Positions 53,374-64,000 of a stretch of DNA of 64,000 bases are shown here, one piece after another. Both the position numbers and the translations under genes were made by a program. Position 1 is the stretch's first letter, and the number at the start of each line of letters is the position of its first letter. Under the pieces are notes generated by a model. It was not told the origin of the DNA. It made no database searches and saw only the letters and a program-made list of their open reading frames with translations. Origin of the DNA: Chiloscyllium plagiosum (Eukaryota); contig NC_057720.1 of the NCBI RefSeq assembly GCF_004010195.1, positions 29,727,631-29,791,630 on the forward strand, given 5' to 3'.

Positions 53374-53497
53374 GCAGGTCAGGCAGCACCCATTGAGAGA
53401 GAGCAAGCTAACGTTTTGAGAGCAGATGACACTTCATCAGATCTCCAGCATTTGTTGTTTTCAGTACAGACTCCAGCATCTGCAGTAATTTGCTCCT
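53374..53497. mobile_element. 124-bp PLE terminus insertion (family D) with internal inversion
   Basis: Minus HHR remnant at 53410-53440 joined to a plus-strand terminal segment (CCAGCATCTGCAG); exact 14-bp TSD ATATTTACCTCACA (53360-53373, 53498-53511). Confidence 0.82.
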
Positions 53498-53724
53498 ATA
53501 TTTACCTCACAACTTGATTACAAATTGAATTACTAGAAGAAGCTGTCTCTTCCATTTGTTTACAATGCTTTTCTGCATACAACTTTACGCAGAGGTGAGG
53601 CATCACATTTTCAGTTGGAGGCATAACTTGGGTATACTGTTCATTCTTTTCAAATCATTCCTCTTGCTAAGTGGCCATGCTTAAGAATCTTCAATTTAGA
53701 CCATCCAACTCTCATAGTTTAATG

Positions 53725-54826
53725 TGTTTCGTGGTGCTGTTGGGAAGAATAACAGGAGCAAAAGAATGCAAAACTTGTAGCATGATCAGTTGGGATGGTG
53801 AAAACTCGGCAGGGCTGGGAGCTGGGAGCTGGTGTGGGTGTAGAGCTGGGAGTGGGGTCGGAGCCAGTACCTGGAGTGGGTGTGATGGTGGGGCGAATGG
53901 GGGTAGAGTCATGAGCAGGGGTAGTGTTCCCCTCGGGGTTCTGGGGGTGGGGATAGTGACAGTGGGGTCTGTGAGAGGCATGTCAGCAGAATGCAGGTGA
54001 GTGGCGCTGGTGGGGGCGGAAGTGGTGGTGACCACGGCAGTAGGGGTGGCAGAAGTCACTGAGCATGTGGCATCAGCGATGTTGTGAAGGGCAGAAATGA
54101 TGTCACGTGTGATGCATGAGGAATTGTGAGGGGTGGAAGTAGTTGTGGGAGTAGCCCTGATGGGGCGGAAGTGACACCATCAATCAGCGTGGGGGTGTCA
54201 GCTGCATCAGCCGCATGGCTAATGGCATCTGAGTAAATTCCGAGGCCAGGGGTATCTTCTGGAATGTTTGAGGAGCGCTGGTTATGGAGGTGGGTAGATA
54301 AAAGTTTGTTGTACTTACAGTTTTTGATGTTTGAGATGGAGTTGAAATACTGTTTGTTGAGAGTATGAATTCTCCTGAGGATGTAGTACAGAGTGGGTCC
54401 TTTGCAATTCTGAGAGAGTGTGGCCCTCAGCTGAGACAGGGCTGACTGTAGAGAGGTTAGGTGCCAGTGCATTGCTGCAAGCGTGGAGCGGAGGATCTTG
54501 AAGGAGAACTGTTGCTGGTGTTTTTGAACCTGTAGTCTGTACTGCTTGTCCTGTCCGGGTCCGAACACTGCTGGTTTAAAGGTGGTCCGGACTCCATGTG
54601 GGATGAGTTGGTTACAGAGGCAGGCACTGAGGAAGCAAATGTGGCTGTGGTAGCGAGTTTGTTTCACGACATGGTTGAAGAGCTTCAGGGCAGAGGAAAT
54701 TACCTGGGAGTTGCAGTCGGAGAGGGACTCCCTGAGATTCTTGTAGAGAGAGGAGAAAAACTTCTTCAAGGCAGGCATCCTTGCAAGAGGATTCGCAGTA
54801 GGTAATCAATGAGGTAAAAACAATGA
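53725..54826 (-). mobile_element. PLE family A 5' part: 240-aa N-terminal ORF (54056-54778) plus T/P/S-rich extension
   Basis: HICFLSACLCNQLIPHG resembles the PLE N-terminal FL..C....IP.G motif; upstream GAGGTAAAAACAATGA (54811-54826) equals the family A terminus at 50909-50924. Confidence 0.7.
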
Positions 54827-55414
54827 AAAGTGTTGACTTTGCTGTGCCCACATAGAAGGAGAGAAGGTGAAGGAGTGCCTATTACCAGAGACCCAAAACT
54901 CATAGGCTTCAGCTGTAGATTACTGAGCAGTGTTTGAAAAGGGAAATCAAGGTCTTCAGTGCCCTCACGCAGTGCACCATGAGAGGGTCTACCAAAGGAG
55001 TTGCTGATACCAGCAGATATGTGAACGCTGACTAGGGATGCTATCACCTACGTCTGCCAACTGATGCAGGGAGATTTGTAGCTCCACAGCTTTGGAGGAA
55101 GCACTGTGTCTTTGCTGTTGGTTTTCACAGTAGGATTGAGCATTCCTGCCACCAACTCCTCTCAAACCACAACTGGAGACTTCTGTGGAATTTCCTAATC
55201 AGCAGTCCACAATCATGATGCCCTTTTCAGGAAAGCGCCTGTTTGTGCAGTTTGCCATGAAGCTGCATGAATCATTAGATTTGCCTCCATCGCTGGGTTC
55301 CGTCAGGTCCAGTGGCCATCAACTGCAAACATGTGGTGCTGAAAACCCAGGGCATCATCCTACATGGTTGCTTGGAGTCGGTGGGCTGCTCCATGTTCAA
55401 GAACTGTGGCCAAC

Positions 55415-57339
55415 ATAAATGAATATGCCACTATTGTCACAGACTTCATCGGTAAGTGTGTAGAGGACTGCGTGCCAAAGACATTAATCTGAGTATTCCC
55501 CAACCAGAAACTATGGATGAACCCAGAGATCCACTCTCAAATGAAGTCCAGGTTTGAGACGTTCAAGTTGGGTCACCTTGCCTATGCAGGAAATTTTCAT
55601 ACAATCTTCGCAAAGCTAACAGGGATTCCAAGAAACAATACCAGACTAAACTACAGTCCCAGACTAACCACATGAACACACAACAGCTGTGACAGGCTTA
55701 CACAACATAACAGGCTACAAAGTGAAATCGAGTAGAATCACTGACAACAGTGCATCCCTCTCCAATGAGTTCAATACATTCAATGCTTGTTTTCAACAGA
55801 AAGTCAGTGAAATGCTGTCACCTGCCCTGACAGCCTGGAGTACACCTGTACTCATGGTCACCGCCACAGATATCAGATCGGCCTTCTTGAGGATGAACCC
55901 ATGGAAAGCAACTGTCCTGAATGGAGTCCCCAGCCATACACTCAGATCCAGTGCGGGCCAGCTGGCAGGAGTAGTAACCTTTCCTTACTATGATATGAGG
56001 CTTTCACCTGCTTCAAGAAGACCACTATCATCCCAGTCCCAAAGAAAAATCAGGCAATGTGCCTTAGTGACTACTACTCAATGGCTCTGACATCCTTCAT
56101 TACAAAGTGCTTCGAGAGTTTAGTGATGGCATATATCAACTTCAATCTCCCAGATTGCCTTGATTCACTACAATTCACCCGCCATCACAATAGGTCCGTG
56201 GCAGATGCCATCCCTGAAACATCTGGATAACACGGACACCCATGTCAGACTCCTATTTGTTGATTTAAGCTCGGCCTTCAACAGCACAATTCCAACAAAA
56301 TTCATCTCCAAACTCTGAGTCCTAGAACTTTGCTCCCCCTCTGCAACTGGATCCTTGACCTCCTGACCCCCAGACTGTAATCAGTAAAGATAGGTGAGAA
56401 CACCTCCTTCACAATAATCCTCAAGACTGCAGTACCCCAACACTGGCTGCATACTCAGCCCCTACTATACTCCTTACACACTCATGATGGTGTGGCCAAA
56501 TTCAGCTTTAATCCATTCACAAACTTGTTGATGACACCACTATTTTGGGTCAGATCACAAACAGTGATGAGACAGAGTACAGGAAAGAGATAGACATGGT
56601 ATAAAGACAACAATCTCTCCCTCAATGTCAGCAAAACAAAGAAACTGGTCATTGACTTCAAGAAGCAGAGTGGATGACATGCCCCAGTCTATATCAATGG
56701 TGCTGGAGGTAGTTGACAACTTCAAGTTCCCTGGAGTAAATATCACCACCGATATTAACATGATCCATCCATGTTAATGCTACGGTCATGAAAGCAGATC
56801 AATGCCTCTACTTCCTCAGATGGCTAAGTAAATTCAGCATGTCTATAATGACTCTTACTAATTTTCATATAGATGCACCATAGAAAGAATCCTATGTAGA
56901 TGTGTCACAGCTTGCTATGGCAATTGCTCTGTCCAAGACTGCAAGAAATTATAGAGTGTGAACGCAGCCCAGTCTATCATGAAAACCAACATTCCTTCCA
57001 TTGGCTCCGTCTACAATTCCTGCTGCCTTGAAATAGCAAAATCAAAGACTCCTCCCAATCTGGTTATACTCTCTTCCACCCTATTCATTCAGGCAGAAGA
57101 TACAAAACTTTGGAAACATGTACCAACAGTTGTAAGAATAGCTTCTTCCCCACTATTATCAGACTTCTGAAATGACATCTCATATATTTTTCTGCACATT
57201 CTCTGTAACTGTAACGTTATATTCTGTATTCTGTTTTATTATCCTGATATATTTATGTAAGGTATGATTTATCTGGTTGGCAGAACAATGTACATCGGTG
57301 CATGTTACATTAATAAATCAAATCAAATCAAATCAAATC
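55415..57339 (+). mobile_element. Rex1/Babar-like LINE, 5'-truncated, decayed
   Basis: [69 protein letters not shown]; (AAATC)n tail 57315-57339. Confidence 0.8.
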
Positions 57340-57581
57340 TAGCCAGAATTGCACATGAAAAGGGATTTCACTCCCTCAATGTATATCTTATTTGTGATCA
57401 TAAGCAACAATTTCTGCAGTGAATGTCTGCTGCCCAGAAAGCAGTCACAACCCTTCTACTCTGCACAACTCTCTTCAAGGCTGACTCACAGATGACAAGA
57501 TTGTTCACCCAGAAGGCATAGGCAATAACCCCAATGCAAAACTCCCAGACTAATGCTGAACAGTAGCATACTGCCACTAAT

Positions 57582-57710
57582 GAGAAAGTAAGGACTGCAG
57601 ATGCTGGAGATTAGAGTTGAGAATGGGGTGCTGGAAAAGCACAGCAAGTCAAGTAGCATCCGAGGAGCAGAAGAATCAATGTTTCAGGCATAAGCCCTTC
57701 ATCAGGAAGG
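57582..57710 (-). mobile_element. PLE family A terminus with HHR motif at 57678-57705
   Basis: Matches 43013-43140; minus CTGATGA-AGGGCTTATGCCT-GAAACATT. Confidence 0.85.
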
Positions 57711-58041
57711 ACTTACAATGCCACCCAGATATCATTGATCAGATAATTTCTCTTCTAAAGGTGTCCTTCCATTTCCTGGCTCATTCATGAAGAGCATTTC
57801 AGAACTCACCATACTGTGTCTCTAAGGTAGTGATTGTTTGCTGCACCCTACACAACCTGGTTCAACAGTAGGATGACAACTCTGCAGAGGGACAGACGGG
57901 CCAGTCAAATGTCTCCTTAGACAGCGAAATATGGGGTTTTAGGGGATCTTGAGGGAGACAAAGCTGATGACGCTGTTGGTGAAGAATTGAGGGCAGTAGG
58001 TGGACATGACAGACATGACAGAGAAAATGTATTGATAGCTG

Positions 58042-58255
58042 GAACAAAAACAGAGTTTGCTGGAAAACCTCAGCATCTGTGAAGAGGAATCAAAGTTAAC
58101 ATTTCAGGTACGGTGACCTTTCCTCAGAATTCCTCACTGGACCCAGAACGTTGATTTTGACTTCTCTTCACAGAGGCTGCCAGACCTGCTGAGCTTTTTC
58201 AGCTACCTCTGTTTTTGTTGCTGATTTACAGCATTTGCAGTTCTTTCGATTTTAA
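58042..58255. mobile_element. Palindromic PLE family C mini-element
   Basis: AACAAAAACAGAG..GCTGGAAAA.CTCAGCA versus TGCTGAGCTTTTTCAGC..CTCTGTTTTTGTT; minus HHR CTGAGGA-AAGGTCACCGTACCT-GAAATGTT at 58098-58127; candidate TSD TGATAGCTG/TGACAGCTG (58033-58041, 58256-58264). Confidence 0.8.
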
Positions 58256-58539
58256 TGACAGCTGTATTTGAGATCAGATTACTTTGGAGCTAGGGCCAAC
58301 TGTGCCTGACGGGCATTCCTGCTTTGTAGGGAATCTTTGATTTCGGGCATTTATGGCTGAATATTACAGGGTTTTTTGGCTAAGTGTCAGTTGCACTGAG
58401 TTTTTTGGAAAATGTTTTTGCCGTAAGATCCAGCGGGATTTCTCACTGTATTTTTATCAAATTCACTTCAACTCTGATAAGCATCCTAGATGTGACTTAC
58501 TACACCACAGCCACTGTGTTTGCAACTCATCAACTGATG

Positions 58540-58900
58540 ATACAAGATTCCCCTGTAAGTTCAACACCATGATTTCTTGCCTTGTCCAATTATGGCACTT
58601 TGTGAATGCTAAATGCACCACTGCTTTTGGCTCTCCTTTATCCAACCTAATTATTACAGCTGCGAAAATCAGTAATAAATTTGTCAAGCACAATTTTTCT
58701 TTCACAAAACTATGTTGGCTATGTTTGATTGTATTATGTTTCTCTTAATGTCCTGCTACTATTTTCTTTGAACTGTATTCCAGCATATTCCCACTGACAG
58801 ATCTTAGGCTAACCAGCCTTTATAATTTCCTGCTATCCATCTCCCTCCTTTCTTGAATAGGGCCATTATCTTTGCAGTTTTCTAATCTGCTGGGACCTCA
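58540..58900 (-). mobile_element. Old CR1 RT fragment
   Basis: MKEKLCLTNLLLIF..LDKGEPKAVVHLAFTK. Confidence 0.7.
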
Positions 58901-61900
58901 CTTCTTGGAAATGCGCCAGTATAAAGATAATAACCCTTTAACTACTGAGCAATTTCTTTTCTCCAACTGCTTTATATGGATATAACATTTTAGGTGCCAC
59001 CATAATGGACAAAGAAACAGAAAGCAAAGTGCGAACACTCAGAAATTTGGTATATTTCAGGGTCATGTTTGGTGTGTATGGATAGGCAGTGTTACTTTAC
59101 TCTAAGGTATTTGTGTGAAAGAAACTTAATTATCAAAATCTACACAGTCAGTCTCTAACATCAAAGCCAGTGTTTGTGAACACTGGAAAGATTGAAAGTG
59201 GGCAAGAAGTATTGAGGAACCAAGGAGAATGGAGCAAGGGCCGAAGAGTTTGGTTTAAACTTCCAAATGGTGGTCTTCAAGCTTTTATTCCTCAGAACCT
59301 TTCTTCTCATTTAACCTAACCCCAAAAGATTTTAAATTAGCCTCAAAAATAAGTTTTCTGGCTAATTCCAGAGAGGAAGATCACCTGTAGGTCTCAATAT
59401 CAAAGCAGGCCTCCAGTACTCGATCCACTTTCCCTTCTGCCTATGACTTTCTAACTGAAAAGAACTTTCTTTTTCATTTTTATTTTGCAGCAATCAAGCT
59501 TTTGAGGATTAAGTGGTCAGCTTCTTCTAAAGGAGGTCTAGCAAGCAGATTTTTTAGGATGGGGGAAGGGTATTTATCTGGGAAATTCCTCCTTTTGAGG
59601 AGTTTGTATGCCTGTCACAGGCAGTCACGTTTGCAAGCATTAGGCCATTCTTATATTAATCTGTGAGGAAAGCTGAGCTACAAAGATCACTTAACAATTT
59701 TTAGATTTGAGAAGATGAGAGAAGAAAAGCTAGCTAACTGGTCTCACCCAAGGTTAAGTCTCATTTGAATCCAGCAATCCTGTCACCATACAGCCGTCAG
59801 TGATCCCAGGATTAATTATTGCACTCCATTCCTTTTAACTGCATTATTTACCTTGAATTTTATTTCCATATTTGACCACTGCGACTAAAATGCAAAGCTA
59901 ATTGCAGATTGTGCTTTTCATTGTTTTTTTAAAGCTATTATCTTGCAGATGTTTGCTACAAAATGCACGCTTGTGTTCTGTACTGTTATCTAGCTGAGAT
60001 TTAGTACCTCTGAACTACTTATTTACATCTGAACTTGTTAGGCATTTGAGGAAAGTGAAATCAGACATTACTGGCTTAAAAAAATTGATGAACAACATAT
60101 CAAATGTGTGTAATTCTTCAGCAGGATAAGGCTTCTGAATTCTTCTTCTGAAAGAAGAACAAATCAGCTACAATCAACAATGAATGCAAAGTTTTGTACT
60201 CGTTATCTGTGCATAAATAGTCGTGTGCATATTCATGTGAACGTGTGCATGGTTAATGAGTGAATTATTGTTTTTGTTACTTGTGTGGTTTCTGTGTGCT
60301 ATGTTGAACACACAAGTGATTTGAATGAATGTTTTGAGAAGGTTTGTGTAATGTGCCTGTTGTATTGAGTGACTGTGGCTTTGAATATATGTGGTGCTGT
60401 TGCTTTGAATTGTTATATTTTATCAGGTAAGTAGCTGAGTGGCTGCTTCGACCATGTTCATATCTTTGCCTGGTTATTTTGAGTAAAAGTACTTGACAAT
60501 GTTTTATGAGTGTGGCTATATTACTTTGAGGCCGGAGGTGCACTGTTTTTGAATGTGTGTTTCCGGCTTTGTGAATGTTATATCCAATTTAGATATTCAC
60601 GATGCTAATTTTCAGTAAGTTTTAGATTATCATATTTCTTTGTCCTTGGTCTGTTTTGTGAAAACTTGCTTTTAATTCATTAGTCTCCTAATTCAAGTCT
60701 CACAATGCCACACCATATATCCGACAGACCAATTAGGTTTGTGATTTTCTCCCTGAATATTGTGTATCCAGACCCGATCACATTACACTTAATTTGAACC
60801 ACTTTTTCAACTCTCAGAAGCTGTGGAGTGTGCTGGTCAACTAGACGTATCACAATCTGTCCTTTGGTCCTAGAGACTGATCCTGAAATTGTCAACAATT
60901 TAAAATATCAATCATTATCAGAGATCAATGTTTCCAAATTGCTCAGATTTACGAGATAGATAACTTACATTCCTTCACAGGTATCAAGGAATAGGCAGCA
61001 ATGGCAAGTAACTGAATTTGAGGCACAGGCGGGGCATGATCTAACTGAATGGTAAAACAGTCTAACCTCTTCCTCTGGATGGTCAAGTGACTAACACAAA
61101 CATCTGTGCAAACTTAAGGATTGCTTTTAACTGTGTGTACTTGAATGTGTTTTGAGAGTTAAAGTCAGGCTCAAGATGTTGTCATGGCAGATCATCAGGA
61201 GCCTTCCAACTTCCTGTAAGGAAAAGATAATAGAGATTGTCCCTAATAGAAAAAAAGCTGTTCAATAACTTTTCCTTCCTCTGGATACTTGCCTCCTTTG
61301 ATCGTTGTTAGCTATTTGTCAGTGTCCTTTCTGTTGAGCTCTAACAACGTTGCTGAGTGGTTACTAAACGCATGGAACAGTATAGGAAAATGCTGAAATA
61401 TAAACCTCTACTGAAAGCCAGCATAAATCTTAAAAAATATTAGTTTTCTAATTTAATTTGCACTCTTTATTTTTCAAATCAAATGAAAATATCCCTTTTG
61501 CAGGATCATGTTGCATAGTCATTTTCAGAATAATGGTGAAACTCTTCATTTAAGAATCCTTTAAGTAAGACAAACTGTTTTAAACAGGTCTTGATGATGA
61601 GACATATTCTTAAATATCATCCTGATGGTGGATTTCAAGAAGAACACTGATGGTTTTTGTACAATTTTATTCTCCAAACATTTATAAGGTCCAAAAAATG
61701 TTGCACTGTTATCTTGATCTTTATATTGTTGGTTAGCATGAAGGATTGATCTGAGTGTCTTCTGGAAAATAATGATGTGACTGTCACCTCACTGTCCTAT
61801 TTCCATAAAACACAAGGGATATTTTTGCTAGATTTGATTTTATTTGACTGTTACTAAATGTAGTCTGCAGAGGCCACCTTCTTTAATATGCTGTACAAAG

Positions 61901-62479
61901 TAATCATGCTTTCAGAAAGGTTTCATACATTCCAAGTTTTTACATTAACATTTTGCCACTGATATAATGTGTGGATATCTTTTTTTAATGCAAAGATTGG
62001 GATAACGCTGGAAGTTCAGAGATACACATGCTCAATTGAAGGGCATTGAAAACATTTGTGATATGGAGTTGTTATAAAGTAAGAATCTCATCAGCTGGAC
62101 TCCGCTGTGATGTAGGATGAGTTGCAAAGTCAGGCCGTCTTAAAGGACAAACCTTACCGTCAGTTCGAAAGTTTCTATTCAAGGTCCCTCACACGGAGCA
62201 AACCACCAAAATCTCTTTTCAAGATTGAGTGGCCCCATTAAGGTTCCTTTGATAGATGACGTAACAACATTAAAAGGAGAACTTTGTGCTATGGGAGTCA
62301 TTTTAAAAAGAATGTTTCAGCATCAATTTTCTTTTGAAAGTAATTTCATTATCCTGATACTTTGCAGATAAAAACTACTTTAGTTTGACTACTTCAAAAA
62401 AGGTTCTGTCCTCAGTCAATTGAAAGAGATTGCTTTAAAGAGAATATTGTCCAATCATAACTCATTAGCCTTCTTGGAG

Positions 62480-62860
62480 GAGCAGGAGTAGGCTCGTCAG
62501 CCCATTGTTCCACCATTCAATGAGATCATGGCTGATTTGATAGTCTTCAATTCCATTTTCTTGCCTTATCTTTGATTCTTTTCCTGATTAAATGTCTGCC
62601 TATCTCAGCCTTAAATATACTTAAGAACTCATCTCTACAGCCTTCTGTGGTAAAGAATTCCAAAGCTTCACTATCCTCTGTGAGAAGACATTTCTCCTCA
62701 TCTCTGGCTTTAATGGGTGACCCCTTACTTTAAAATTATGCCCTCTGGTAGGGAAAACAATCTCTAGGCATATACCCTGTCAAACCCCCCTACGAATTTT
62801 ATATCTTTCAATAAGAAAGTATCTCCTACTTCTAAGCTCTAATGAATACAGGCCCAAAGG
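62480..62860 (-). mobile_element. Old CR1 3' end
   Basis: CCACCATTCAATGAGATCATGGCTGAT 3' UTR motif; similar to 33540-33930. Confidence 0.75.
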
Positions 62861-64000
62861 TCTCGAACTCTGAGGATATCACAGAGGAAGTGTGAGCTCC
62901 CCCTCATCCATGATTATGCTTTCCGTTATCACCGAAGCCTAGTCTCCCAACCTGGTTTTTGTCCTACTCATCTCTTTGTCTCTCTCTGTGGGACTTGAGT
63001 TCTTGCCCATGATCACTCCAGGAATTTTGAAGGCCAAAGCTCATGATCCCAGCAATGATTCCTCCACTGTCGGTTGTGGCCTGTCTCCACTCAAAACCCT
63101 AGAATAAAGTATACTCCAACCTCAGCCGTGTCTAAAAACTCATCCTTCTCTTCTATTGCTACCAGGCCAATGTCCACTACCTGGACCAGCTCAGATGTAG
63201 CAATAGACTGGAGAGAAGGACAAGTAACAGCATTTTTAAGAATAATACTTTAACAGTGTTTTAAAAATACAGGTTTTCTTATTTATACAGTCACTCATAT
63301 GTTGATCCATAACGAATGAACTTTAATAACTATATTCTGAATGTCACTATAGTGCTTTAATGCAGTTTTGATTTCATTAATATGTAGGTTCACTTTAAGT
63401 TTTAAAAGTTTGATAAATGCAGTTCTCCATTATATGTTTATCTTCGAAATTACTTCAACTTACAGTAATATTCTCGTTGAAATATCTCAAGATGCTTAAC
63501 ACTGAACAACACTTTTGAAGTCTGACTTGTTATGCAGGCAAATACACCAGTCATTTTGCGCTAGCAATGTCTCATAAAAACTAAATTGGCAAAGAATCAA
63601 GTAATCTGTGGAACATGGCTTGAAGAATTAGAATATTATTAATTAACTTTTTATTTGATAGTTATTAACTATTGCTATTAACACAGTCAGTAATATTTGA
63701 TGACTTTCTCTCAAGAAGTGGCATGGATGAGTTAAACATTTCACAGTGCGAGCACAGAGCATGAGAACACTGACAGAATATTTTTAGGGATCAGGATCAT
63801 TTCTGGATCCCAACCTCACATAGATCAATCGAGTATCCACTAGCACCATTATCCAGAAGGCAACACATACAGTTTGACCAATTAAAGATAGCATGTGGCA
63901 AGGTAGTTCCTGAGGCTGTAGGTCCAAACTGAGATCTACAGAGATAGCAGGCCAATAAGCCTATCAGGAAAGATCAATGCTGAATGAGGCGGAGAGAGCG

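Noticed and set aside
57964..57990. Isolated CTGATGA (also 58535)
   Set aside because: No stem II followed by GAAA; chance match
58..58255. Palindromic units as DNA-transposon MITEs, pre-miRNAs or a CRISPR-like array
   Set aside because: TSDs vary in length and sequence, arms are asymmetric and match PLE terminal repeats adjoining RT/GIY-YIG; no regular repeat-spacer spacing; no miRNA evidence from sequence alone

Overview
Repeat-dense, gene-poor vertebrate DNA, most likely from a cartilaginous fish (shark). That assignment is inferred from HE1-type V-SINEs whose 3' tail matches the co-resident CR1/HER1-type LINEs. No convincing host protein-coding exon was seen; nearly all ORFs belong to CR1, L2 or Rex1/Babar-like LINEs or to Penelope-like elements (PLEs). 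The main structure not explained by the ORF track is about 20 minimal hammerhead-ribozyme (HHR) motifs (CTGANGA - stem II - GAAA - palindromic ACGT/AGCT - cleavage site). They fall into roughly five PLE terminus families, each with a different but self-complementary stem II. Many sit as divergent pairs inside fold-back units of about 120 bp to 1.9 kb, most bounded by 11-15 bp target-site duplications (TSDs). The units therefore appear to have inserted as single inverted events. Coding partners are also present: a decayed near-full-length Neptune-like PLE (8590-13941), a 240-aa PLE N-terminal ORF (54056-54778, minus) and a Penelope/Poseidon-like GIY-YIG fold-back (51243-52598). Family labels A-E are my own working labels. 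Repeat boundaries are read by eye and approximate unless a TSD is given. There are two assembly gaps (17981-18366, 26528-27326).
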